Shown here in pieces: positions 1 to 9,500 of a stretch of DNA of 64,000 nt; within the stretch, counting starts at the first letter, position 1; every line of letters begins with the position of its first letter. The DNA is from Alkalispirochaeta sp. (GTDB taxonomy: Bacteria > Spirochaetota > Spirochaetia > DSM-27196 > Alkalispirochaetaceae). The stretch is from NCBI GenBank assembly GCA_965242725.1, contig CBDESZ010000016.1:64001-128000 (forward strand), written 5' to 3'. The notes under the pieces are model-generated. The model was given only the letters and a program-made list of their open reading frames with translations. It was not told the origin of the DNA and did not search any database. Both the position numbers and the translations under genes were made by a program.

Positions 1-803
1 TCCCATCGTTCTCCTTCATAGACATCGACTATGGTTAGAATTACTCTCTCGGTCTCTTGCCTCAGCTCAATGGCTTGTGGTGAGGGTGTATCCCGTAATT
101 CAACCTCATATCTTGATTCGTTCGTTATATCCCGTACCTCAATACGTTTCGCTCGCGCATTAGCGCGGTACAAATACGGTTTCTCAAACGAAACGAATCC
201 GTTGGATATCCAAATCCGCTGCGAGTAGACCGGCGAGATGACGATTTCCTCCCCGATGCCGGGCCCCGGGACATTCTCAACCCACGGCATAGATAGCCTC
301 GTGTTGCGGAGGTTCGCACCGGTATACGCAACCGATCCCTCCACCAAATAACTTGAGACACTTTCCACGTCGAGGAGGGTTAAGGCTTCGATCCCCCCGG
401 AATCCTGCGATACTCCGACAAAAAACGGGAATGCCATTGCGTCCTTGTAAGCGAGCAAGAATTCGTCACATGCAAGTATGAGCCAATGCCCTTCCTCCGA
501 TCCGTCGATCTCAATAAACGGAACACCATTCTCTTCCGAAAACTGGTAACGATAGGAACGGTGAAATTGTTCACCCCTGTCCGGATCGATACCGGAAAAG
601 ACAAGATCATTTCGCGACTCGAAGCGAAGCATAGCGAACTGCGAGTGATACACCTTTCCCGCCAATGAATTACTCTCCCCGTACACGTTGAAAACACTCG
701 GGCCTATCAGGATCGAGAGGACGCCGACTATGAGCAGAAGGAGAGATTCGCTACTTATTCTTCTTGCTTGATACACCGACCGTAATCGTGTCTGGATTTC
801 CAT
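1..803 (-). CDS. Exported protein with C-terminal NADase-type glycan-binding-like domain; putative immunity protein; runs off the left edge
   Basis: Not in the ORF track (no stop inside the window). Manual translation from ATG 803, preceded by GGAGG: MEIQTRLRSVYQARRISSESLLLLIVGVLSILIGP...PWVENVPGPGIGEEI...ISNGFVSFEKPYLYRANARAKRIEV...ELRDTPSPQAIEL...LTIVDVYEGERW. Open for about 267 codons, with an N-terminal hydrophobic segment. Confidence 0.75.
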   Translation of the reverse strand, partial: MEIQTRLRSVYQARRISSESLLLLIVGVLSILIGPSVFNVYGESNSLAGKVYHSQFAMLRFESRNDLVFSGIDPDRGEQFHRSYRYQFSEENGVPFIEIDGSEEGHWLILACDEFLLAYKDAMAFPFFVGVSQDSGGIEALTLLDVESVSSYLVEGSVAYTGANLRNTRLSMPWVENVPGPGIGEEIVISPVYSQRIWISNGFVSFEKPYLYRANARAKRIEVRDITNESRYEVELRDTPSPQAIELRQETERVILTIVDVYEGERW

Positions 804-809
804 ACACCC

Positions 810-1022
810 TCCACAGCCACCGCTCGGGGTTGAAGTGTCTCCCCCAGCCGGTCACGCGGCGCGTCGCCTGCTCCACTTCCTGCCGCTCCACGCCGGTGAG
901 CACCACATGCTCGGCAAACGCCGTCGCTCCCTCTCCGGGTACCAGATGCCATCGTCCCCACCCGTCGGGCCGTCGGCCGCAATAGCCTTCGTAGACCTTC
1001 TCCTTCCCCGCAAGAAGATCGC
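810..1022. repeat. Direct-repeat copy of an internal Rhs core segment (partner 7963-8175)
   Basis: By-eye alignment gives about 15 mismatches in 213 bp. Both copies encode DLLAG.E.VYEGY.GRRPDGWGRWHLVPGEGAT.FAEHVVLTGVERQEVEQATRRVTGWGRHFNPERWLW. Confidence 0.95.
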
Positions 1023-1042
1023 CAGGCATACCTTCCTTTCTG

Positions 1043-1798
1043 CTACTCCTGCACTACTGAGAATTCAATTGTGCGTGTTTCATATTGGCGTGTAATCGGA
1101 ACTAGCCGCTTTGAACTTGTTAAGTACCGATAGGCGATCACGGTCATTGTCACTGGCTCCGAGCCAGGCCATCTATCGAAACGAACGATGGGTTCACCAC
1201 CAGCTATACTGCTTGAACTTATTCGAGCCTCTGGTGAAGAAATCTCGAGCAGACGATCTATCCGTACCTCTGTCCGCTCTTCGGGCAACAGCGCTGTCAA
1301 AAAGGGCCCGTTCCCACCAGCTTTCTTTATCGTAACCATGTACCACTGCGCATACGGTTCTCGCTCCCATTCAAGAGTCACATCCTCAATGTCGTCGAAT
1401 TCGCTGCCATTGATCGGACTAACTACCGTCACTGGATCGTTCACGTATAGGCTAATATGTCCATTCGAGTCTATTAACTCCTCTACTTCAAACCAGAAGA
1501 GTTCACCAAAAAGGACAGTCTCTGCAGTGCTTCCCACGGTCCGCCTTTTTTCGTACCGCATAGAGACAGCTGTGGTAGAAATCGAAATATGCGCGGTTGA
1601 CCTAGGCTGCAAGCTAATCATCTGATGCCCAACCAACGTTCCTTCCCCATCTCGAAAGAACACGGCTATGTCTATGGAATCAACGATGCCAGTGTATTCG
1701 GGAATCAAAACGACAGGTACAGATTCAGCAGAACACGACATTATCGAAGCTAGAACCAATAGTGATAGCGTTGCGACTGTTTTAGAATAATGCATCAA
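1043..1798 (-). CDS. Putative lipoprotein immunity protein for the orphan Rhs tip
   Basis: Signal peptide ending in a lipobox-like LASIMS-C. Overlaps the stop of the orphan Rhs-CT. Lower GC than the Rhs core. Confidence 0.7.
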   Translation of the reverse strand: MMHYSKTVATLSLLVLASIMSCSAESVPVVLIPEYTGIVDSIDIAVFFRDGEGTLVGHQMISLQPRSTAHISISTTAVSMRYEKRRTVGSTAETVLFGELFWFEVEELIDSNGHISLYVNDPVTVVSPINGSEFDDIEDVTLEWEREPYAQWYMVTIKKAGGNGPFLTALLPEERTEVRIDRLLEISSPEARISSSSIAGGEPIVRFDRWPGSEPVTMTVIAYRYLTSSKRLVPITRQYETRTIEFSVVQE

Positions 1799-2522
1799 TA
1801 ACCTTCCTCAAGAGCGACCGTCGATCTTCCTCCAGAGCCTGATCAACCAAGTGAGGTGTCCTCTCCAACACCTCTCGTGCAAAGTCCTCCGGCAATGGAT
1901 CACCGGGATCGTATCTCAGAATGTCCACGTCTTCGGAGATCGATGGTCCTTCGTTTTCCACGGGAAGCGTTACTCGCACATCATATCCCCGGATGTTGTT
2001 GTCATTTCGGACTCCATAGGTTGTAAGTGTCACCGTACCCATCTTTATAGCACCACCGTAAATCGGCGCGGTTAGCGATATCGCACCACCATTCGGTCCT
2101 TGCTCGTATGCGCCTTGCCGCAGTATCTCTCCCACCCCAGCGAGTAGACTTGTATCCTCGTACTGATTAACGACCCAGCGAGTTGTACCAAACGGATCAA
2201 CGATCACCGGGCCATCTGCCATACGGGGATCACCATACATGCCAAGCTGGTCGATCTTTGCCGCCAAATCTCCCGCCGCCATCAACCCCCACGGATCCAC
2301 AAAGTTCACCGGGTCGTTCCCTACATAGACGTACCAGTTATCCCCGTCTCTGATGGGATCCACCGTCGTAAACCGGCCCACCGCGGGCTGATAATCCCGG
2401 AAGCCGTAGTTGTAGAGGTTCGTCCCCTGGTCGTAGCGTTGACCCGTATACCCAACCTCGTTCACCCGGTTGAAGCTCCCCTCATAGTGGTTCCCAAAGG
2501 CGTCATAGCCGTAACGCTCCAC
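1782..2522 (-). CDS. Orphan Rhs C-terminal module (Rhs-associated core end plus unknown toxin tip of about 165 aa)
   Basis: YGYDAFG...YTGQRYD...LYNYGFRDYQPAVGRFTTVDPI...NWYVYVGNDPVNFVDPWGL, followed by a unique C-terminus. Confidence 0.9.
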   Translation of the reverse strand: MERYGYDAFGNHYEGSFNRVNEVGYTGQRYDQGTNLYNYGFRDYQPAVGRFTTVDPIRDGDNWYVYVGNDPVNFVDPWGLMAAGDLAAKIDQLGMYGDPRMADGPVIVDPFGTTRWVVNQYEDTSLLAGVGEILRQGAYEQGPNGGAISLTAPIYGGAIKMGTVTLTTYGVRNDNNIRGYDVRVTLPVENEGPSISEDVDILRYDPGDPLPEDFAREVLERTPHLVDQALEEDRRSLLRKVIDALF

Positions 2523-2544
2523 CGTGTGAACCCGACTGTCGGTG
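2280..2544. repeat. Direct-repeat copy of the Rhs core 3' end (partner 6989-7253)
   Basis: Near-identical 265-bp segments at a constant offset of 4709, ending exactly after the DPWGLM codons. Confidence 0.95.
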
Positions 2545-2616
2545 TTGCAGTTTGATCCTCGATACGCCGCTCGGTAGTCTCCGTTCTAATACAACCGGTA
2601 CAATTCGGTGATACAG

Positions 2617-3183
2617 TTAGGTGGAGATATCAGCGCCTGGAGGACCGCCCGACGATCCGGCCTTCTCTATTCCTGCGAGTGCGCGTTCTTTGTATTTGTT
2701 TGACACTTCGATTAGATCATTGTCGTTGGAAAACTCAGACACCGCACTTTCATGCGTCCGCAGCACCATTTTATAGTCCTCATTGTTAAAATAGCCAGCC
2801 AACAAATACTTGTAGACGACTTCCTTACCCGACAATCCAGTTTCGGTCTGTCTGAGATACTCGCACCGTTCTACAACCTTGTCATAGTTCTCGCGTTTCC
2901 ATTCGGGAAGCACGAAGTAATTGATCCCCTTCGTAAGAAGTCTTTTGTCCCTAAGTTGCGGTATAAGCATGCGAAAATACTCAAAACCGGTGTCAGATTT
3001 TCCTATATAAGCATAGGCGAATGATAGATTTCGGATAGAGAGAAAATCAAAATCTTTATTTTCTAGGTCAGCGTGTGCAATTGAGATTATTTCCTCGTAC
3101 CTGCGATCCTTGAAGAGTCTAGCAGATCGTAGAATCCGACGAAAGTTTTTAAAAACGTAAAGAATTCCTTTCACCATTTTCAT
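2617..3183 (-). CDS. Helical-repeat (TPR-like) protein, putative immunity protein
   Basis: 188 aa, low GC, TPR-like helices (NLSFAYAYIGKSDTGFEYF; LLAGYFNNEDYKMVL). Lies directly downstream of a toxin-tail remnant. Confidence 0.6.
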   Translation of the reverse strand: MKMVKGILYVFKNFRRILRSARLFKDRRYEEIISIAHADLENKDFDFLSIRNLSFAYAYIGKSDTGFEYFRMLIPQLRDKRLLTKGINYFVLPEWKRENYDKVVERCEYLRQTETGLSGKEVVYKYLLAGYFNNEDYKMVLRTHESAVSEFSNDNDLIEVSNKYKERALAGIEKAGSSGGPPGADIST

Positions 3184-3192
3184 ATCGCATCC

Positions 3193-3265
3193 TTATTGAA
3201 AGAACCCTAAAATATCCGCAACGACGTCCAAAATCGCTCCACCGAGTGTTTTCTTTGGTTCTGGT
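3193..3265 (-). pseudogene. Probable extreme C-terminal remnant of a lost toxin
   Basis: Manual translation gives PEPKKTLGGAILDVVADILGFFQ*. The stop is 9 nt before the ATG of the 188-aa gene, and the upstream part is replaced by an IS3 end. Confidence 0.45.
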
Positions 3266-3393
3266 GCCCTCCGCCTTGTTCAGGATCGCCATTATCTGTG
3301 AGTCCGAAAACCGAAACTTCCTCTTCGTTACTCCTTTTCCAGGGATATTAGGTTTTCTACTTTTGGCGAAGGCTGCTTTCTGAGGGGATTACA
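3266..3393 (-). mobile_element. IS3-family left-end remnant (terminal repeat plus first ~20 codons of orfA)
   Basis: Begins TGTAATCCCCTCAG, then AAGGAG, then (ACG)-KRKFRFSDSQIMAILNKAEG. This matches the IS3 OrfA N-terminus pattern 'RF(T/S)DSQIMAILKQAE'. Confidence 0.75.
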
Positions 3394-3400
3394 GTTGCTC

Positions 3401-3868
3401 TCACCGTTTGAGTTCCGTGGCTGCTTTCTTCTTTATATGGAATCTATCTATCTTTCCATCTCCAAACGCGATCTTCAAATCATTCATCGAGGCAAGATCG
3501 AGAATAATAGGCACCAAGTAGGACTCGATTGTCTTCTTTATCCCTTCTTGGCGTTCGGAGGATGTCACATCCTCGTTCTCAAGATCGAGAGACTTCTCAA
3601 GAGCCATTCCAATGTCTGACGGAACCAATTTTGAAAGCCGCGTACGCAAATGGCATTTGTTCTCCTTGGGAAAGGGCTCCTCGCCTCCAAGAGACTTCAT
3701 CCAAATGCCTACGTTTAGATAGTGCTGCAGCCCAAACTGAGATCGTTGCAAATTAACCACCCAGATGACGTCATTAGAGTCTCGAAACCACGTTAGACCC
3801 TTTTTCCGAAATCCATGACTTTTCAGACAGGTCGCAATGGATGATTTCAATTCCGAATCCGCATTCAT
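3401..3868 (-). CDS. DUF4304-family protein, putative immunity protein for the REase toxin tip
   Basis: LKSHGFRKKGLTWFR...VVNLQRSQFG..HYLNVGIW motif. Lies directly downstream of the nuclease tip. Confidence 0.75.
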   Translation of the reverse strand: MNADSELKSSIATCLKSHGFRKKGLTWFRDSNDVIWVVNLQRSQFGLQHYLNVGIWMKSLGGEEPFPKENKCHLRTRLSKLVPSDIGMALEKSLDLENEDVTSSERQEGIKKTIESYLVPIILDLASMNDLKIAFGDGKIDRFHIKKKAATELKR

Positions 3869-3915
3869 GGCATAGTCTACCTTTCCCTTATAGAATCAAC
3901 AAATCCGTTTGGGAA

Positions 3916-4200
3916 TTATCGATCATATGTTTCGACCAATCCCGTCCACTCGCCACCATATGTATCTTCCAGCTCCTGACGATAGCGCTCGACTTGACAT
4001 TCTCCCCTACGAATCGCCCGCGGGTTATTGCGCTTTAACTCGACTACAACACGTGTTTCGAAGTTGACCGTATCAGCTCGACGACCACTCTCAAAACGAA
4101 ATTCCTTCTCATAGCCTTCACCAGGATTCCATTGTTTATGCGCCTCTCTACCACTACGGGTGTACTCGGTTTCTCTACGAAATGCATTGACAACACCGCG
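3916..4200 (-). pseudogene. Tox-REase-9-like PD-(D/E)xK nuclease toxin tip, decapitated by IS66
   Basis: Not in the ORF track (no start). Manual translation: RGVVNAFRRETEYTRSGREAHKQWNPGEGYEKEFRFESGRRADTVNFETRVVVELKRNNPRAIRRGECQVERYRQELEDTYGGEWTGLVETYDR*. Confidence 0.8.
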
Positions 4201-5963
4201 GCAGCCGTCAAATTAACCGCGCCGGCACGGGGTAGTTGGCAGATATGACGTCCTGATTCAGATTTCGAGGAAGCAGAGTGTCCCATTCGTCGTCATCAGA
4301 GATCCGTGGTGCCCGATCGAGCACGTAGTACAGATAGGAGAATGGGTTCAGATCATTCTGCTTCGCCGTCTCGATCAGCGAATAGATTGCGCATGAAGCT
4401 TTCGCGCCGTTGGGGCTGTCGGAAAATAGCCAGTTTTTACGTCCGAGGACAAATGGCCGGATGGCGTTTTCCGCCGCGTTGTTGTCCGGCGCGAGGACCG
4501 GATGATCGAGGTAGCGAATGAGTGCACTCCACTCGTCCAGCGTGTAGTTCACCGCCTTGCCGAGAAGCGATGATGGCACAACGGTTTCCTGCTTCTTTGC
4601 AAGCCAGTGATGGAACTTCTCGAGGATCGGCATCACCAGGGTGCGGCGCTTCTTAAAAAACTCGTCGTCGTCGATGTATTGTGATCGCAACTCGGTCTCG
4701 ATACGGTAGATTCGCGCGACGTATTTCATACCCTCATGGGCGGCACCGGCTTCCTTGCTGCCTTGCGCCGCCTAGTGAAACTTTCGCCGAGCGTGGGCGA
4801 AACAGCCAACACGAATAATACCTGGCTCTTCTATTGCGAGTAGTACGTGGGCCCGGTGCGCATCACCCTGCATGTAGAGCTCGGCTCCGGAAAGAAGCTC
4901 ACGAAGATATTCGGCACTGCGGTTTTGACTGTAGTGGTACAGCACAACCGGCTCATCCGGTGGCCCGCCGCGGGCTAACCACATGAAGCTGGTGGTCGTA
5001 TCCGACCGGTTCAGCTCGTTCATGACCTGCACCCGGGTATCGTCGATATTGACTGCTGGACCACCGGGGATCATGGTGCTAAATCTCTGTATGAGCGGCT
5101 GGAGCATCGTTGCGGATCGCACCGTCCAGTTACTCATGTCCTGCCGGGAGATCGCGATCCCGATTCATTCAAACCGTTTCTCCTGGCGATAGAACGGCAG
5201 GTGATCCACGAACTTGTTGACCAGAACGAACGCAATCAGGCCGGCAGTGGCGATGCCTTTCGGTACCACCGTCGGCTCAACAGGCGCGATCCGTACCGCC
5301 GGCTTGGATTCATCGCCGGAGCCTTCGCAGTGGTGACGTGCGTATTTGGGACGCACGATACGATCAACCCAGATCTGCTCCGGGATGACCTGAACGCGCT
5401 CGGTGACTTCCTCGCCGATACGGACCATCTCATGGCCACAGGCACACTGCTTGTCTTCCTCAGGGATGTCGATGACTCGCTCAAATCGCGGGTGTTTCGG
5501 ATCAATCGGTTGATCGCCTTACGCATGTCGGTTACCCAGGGCGGATGAAGATCTCTACCCGGTTGAGATCCGGGCCAATTATGATGGCGCCAAGGCCCGG
5601 ATGATCGTCAAAAACTCCACTTCGCTCACTGGTCGTTCCACCTCGATCACGACACCAGTTCCAGACGTTACGCGAAGCGTCTGTCGCCCGGCAACCGGAT
5701 TAACGGTACCGACTGACACCATGTCTGATGACCGTTGTGCCCACTACTTTTTTCGTTCACAGCCCAGCCAATACTGAAGGGTGCTAATCGGCAGATCGTG
5801 GCGTTCACAGAATGCATTCTGAGTAAGGCCACTCTCGTGAAAGTCGTTCAGTAGTCCTTCGCGTCTCGTATTCCGCTCGTTGGTGTTCACTATCCCCTCC
5901 TTGCATGAAGGAGTATTCAGTATCGATGACGTCCGGTGTAGGTGGGGATGTTTTGACGATTAC
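4201..5963 (-). mobile_element. Degenerate IS66-family element (tnpA, truncated tnpB, interrupted tnpC)
   Basis: Left IR GTAATCGTCAAAACATCCCCACC at 5963 versus right IR GCAGCCGTCAAATTAACCGCGCC at 4201 (15/23 matches). tnpA-like ESGLTQNAFCERHDLPISTLQYW carries a premature stop. tnpB start TDMRKAIN is fused directly to tnpC. tnpC motifs CFAHARRKF and DNNAAENAIRPFVLGRKNWLF are split by stops at 5165 and 4772. Confidence 0.9.
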
Positions 5964-6039
5964 GAATAATTAGAAAATTCGCCAAGTAAAATCTATCTAG
6001 TATTATAATTATTTTATCTTGATATGAAATATAATTCCA

Positions 6040-6516
6040 TTATTTTTGATCAACTACGGAACTAGTCTCACGAATGAGGTCGGCCTCCTTAGGAGTCAGA
6101 CAACTAAGCGGTATATACAAATGAACACCGTTATTATGTTGAACGAAAACCAATTCCTCGGTTTCTCTAATACGAAAGAAATCATTTCTATTCAACATAC
6201 CTTCCCCTTGAGATGTCGCGTAATAAATACCTTCTTCGTTAATCTCAACCTTTATAGGGTTTTTAAGGACATTGCTAATTCTATAGTTTCGGCGTGCCGT
6301 CCACTCTGGTCCTTTTATCCAATACCACGCAAATATAGCTGTAATTCCAATAAATATAATGGACGCAATATATTGACCGATTAGTGCGGTAACTACAATC
6401 AATCCACCGCCAAATATCGATAATGCAATAATCTGCCATATCGACAATTGGTTTTCTTTTTCAAGTACAATATAATTCCGAACATACATAGCCTCATCCA
6501 ATTCATATTCTTTCAT
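6040..6516 (-). CDS. YcxB-like membrane protein, cognate immunity candidate for the main Rhs tip
   Basis: Two TM helices, then a YcxB-like domain (INEEGI...RIRETEELVFV...LYIP). Probable ATG at 6516 after GAGGA. Very low GC. Confidence 0.7.
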   Translation of the reverse strand: MKEYELDEAMYVRNYIVLEKENQLSIWQIIALSIFGGGLIVVTALIGQYIASIIFIGITAIFAWYWIKGPEWTARRNYRISNVLKNPIKVEINEEGIYYATSQGEGMLNRNDFFRIRETEELVFVQHNNGVHLYIPLSCLTPKEADLIRETSSVVDQK

Positions 6517-6535
6517 ATCGTTTAATCCTCGCTTG

Positions 6536-9500
6536 TTAAAAAGACCTGGCAAAGAATTTGGCCAATTCCCATCCCGCGTTTAACACGCGCCCGGCGGTCC
6601 TTCCGAGACGTTCTGCTGCACTCGTCGCTGGCGGAATATCCGGACCCGGTCCGGCAAGACCAGATCCGAGTTCGACCACCAGTCCGTATGTAAATGATCC
6701 CGGATTCTGTCGGATGGTCCTCCCTGCATTCACAAAGGCTCCTTTCGCCAATGCTTGTGGTGTTGCCGTAAGAAGTTTCCTTGTCGGAGGACCCGGAAGC
6801 ATCAAAGTCGGAGGTGTGCCACTAACCAGACGGGTTTCGAATTCGGCCCCGGTTGTCTGATCCACGAAATACGGAGGGTTCTGAGAATCTTTACCCGCCA
6901 ACCTTTGCAAGAACGATCTTTCATCGTTAGGCCTAACCAGCACGAGATTTCTAGGATCGGGCGCAGTCCCATTCCCCGCCGTCTCCTTCATCAACCCCCA
7001 CGGATCCACAAAATTCACCGGATCGTTCCCTACGTAGGCATACCAATTGTTCCCGTCTCTGATGGGATCAACCGTCGTAAACCGTCCCACCGCGGGCTGA
7101 TAATCCCGGAAGCCGTAGTTGTAGAGGTTCGTCGCCTGGTCATACCGCTGGCCGGTGTAGCCCACCTCGTTCACCCGGTGAAAACTCCCCTCGTAGTGGT
7201 TCCCAAAGGCGTCGTAGCCGTAGCGCTCAACCGTGCGGCCCCGGCTGTCGGTGATCACCGCCGTCGATCCCAGCACGTCCTGATGGTAGTATTCCGTCTT
7301 CTCCCAGGTCAATCGCGTGTATTCAGGGTTGAAGTCGCTCCTTGCGATGAGCTCGTCCCGGTTCCCGTAGACGTACTCGCCTACCGGGCGGAATCGTCCC
7401 TGCCGCACCCAGCTCCAGCTCCGGTGTCCCGGATGGGAGCGGTGATGTCCCCACCGCGGCCGTCGTGATCCGCCGTCGTGCCAGGGAAGCCAGGGGTGGT
7501 CGAGGCCGGGGTTGAACTCCGTGTCCCGGTACTCCGCCACGGGATTCATGGACAGTCCGTCGTAGAGATACTCCGTCACGCTTTCGTTGTCCCAGCTCCG
7601 CTGCCATCGACTGCCGAAGCTCACCGTCTGGTATTCCGCCCGGCTCACCCGTCTGCCCAGGGCGTCGTACTCATACCGTATCCCCGACTCCAGTTCCCAC
7701 TCGTGCCGTCCCCAGTGGTAGCGGCCCACCAGTCCTTCCACCTCGGTGTTTACGTCCACTACGCGGTTCTCCGGGCTGTAGGCGTAGACCACCTGGAGAT
7801 CTCCCAGCGCTTCACCGGTGAGGTTGCCGTTCTCATCGTACGTGTAGAGCCGTTCTCCCGCCTGCTGCAGGCGGTTCTCCTCGTCGTAACGGTAGGGAAT
7901 CGCGCCCCAGCCGTTCGCCTTGGAGAGGCGGTTGCCGTTCTCGTCGTATTCGTAGTTCTCAATCCAAAGCCATCGCTCGGGGTTGAAGTGTCTCCCCCAG
8001 CCGGTCACCCGGCGGGTCGCCTGCTCCACTTCCTGCCGCTCCACCCCGGTGAGCACCACATGCTCGGCAAACTCCGTCGCGCCCTCTCCGGGTACCAGAT
8101 GCCATCTCCCCCACCCGTCGGGCCGCCGGCCGCGATAACCTTCGTAGACCTGCTCCCTTCCCGCAAGAAGATCGCTCAGGTGGTCGCCGAACTCAGACTC
8201 GTCAAAGTCGGGGACATGAGGCAGGCGGAAGCCGAAGTGCACTCCCGGGTGCTCCGGTTCGTCTCCCATACCGCTGCTGTGGAGTCCGCCTCCGTCCTCT
8301 TCGTACTCAGGATACAACCCCACCGTGAGGCGCTCCTCAAAGTCCTCACTCGCCTTCCCCACCCCAAAGGGATAGAGCGCCGTCTCGAGGCGTCCCGCTT
8401 CATCGTAGCGGTAGACGGTGAGTCGTCCCCGCTCATCCACGCGGTAGGTGCGCTTGCCCGACTCGTCGTAGACGTAGCCCTCTCCACTGATAAGCTCTCC
8501 CCGGCTCTTCCGTTCCCGTATGGCGCTCACTCTCCCCGCCGGATCGTAACTGCGCTCGGTGATAATACCGTTCGGGAGCTCTCGTTCGATCTCACGCAGG
8601 AGCAGATCGTAGGTGTAGGTTGTCGTGGTGCCGTCGGGGCCGGTCACCGACAACAGCTCTCCCGCCTCGCCGTAGGTGTAGCGGGTGACCCGTTGGTCGG
8701 AAAGCCAGGCGATGCGGGTCCGGCGCCCTTCCGCGTCGTAAGCGTAGGTGACCACCTGTCCCAGGTCCGCGTCCTCGCTCCGCACCAGCCGGTTCAGCCC
8801 ATCATATGCATAAGCGTATTCCCGCGCTTCATTATCCGCCGCGATGAGGTTTCCCGCCTTGTCGTAGGTGAAGGTGTTCTGTGATCCGTCGGCAAACTCG
8901 ACACGCGTCAGTCGTCCCAGAGGGTCGTAGAGGTAGCCGGTGTCCGCGTCGGTGAAGTCGGTCTTCCCGATCCGGTTGCCTTCCCCGTCGTAGCGATAAC
9001 TCTGTGTATCGCCCAGCCGGTTGGTCTCGTTCACCAGCCTGCCGAGGGCGTCGTATTCGTACTGATACACCTCGCCCTTCCCGTCGGTCATGCCGGTCTG
9101 TCGGCCTTCTTCGTCGTAGGCGTAGGTCACCGTCTCGCCGGCGCCGTTGGTCTCCTCCTCAAGCCGTCCTAATTCGTCGTAGGTGTAGGTGGTGACCCGG
9201 CCCGCGCCGTCGGTGACGGAGAGCAGGTTTCCCGCTCCGTCATAGGTGTAATTCGTCTCCGCCATGATCGGATCGGTTACCGTAACGAGGCGGCCGAGTT
9301 CATCGTAATCGTAGCGGGTGATGTGTCCCAGGGCGTTCCGCTCCGTCGCGATATCGCCGAGCAGGGTGTAGGTGTACGTTGTGGATGCGCCGTAGGGGTT
9401 GGTCACCACCGTTCTCCTGCCCGCTTCGTCATAGCCGTAACGCCACGTCGCGCCGGTCCGGTCGGTAAGTTCGGTAATCCGCCCCACCTCATCCCGGGTA

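Noticed and set aside
5601..5625. Internal IS66 inverted-repeat-like sequence GATCGTCAAAAACTCCAC
   Set aside because: Lies within the tnpA 3' coding region and lacks the GTAA terminus. Likely coincidental.
810..8175. Repeat pairs as a diversity-generating retroelement (TR/VR)
   Set aside because: Mismatches involve all bases rather than only adenines, and no reverse transcriptase is in the window.
7478..8884. 468-aa plus-strand ORF and similar long shadow ORFs (e.g. 10899-12122, 16525-17382, 43867-44823)
   Set aside because: Antisense shadows of confident genes in GC-rich DNA, with no recognisable motifs.
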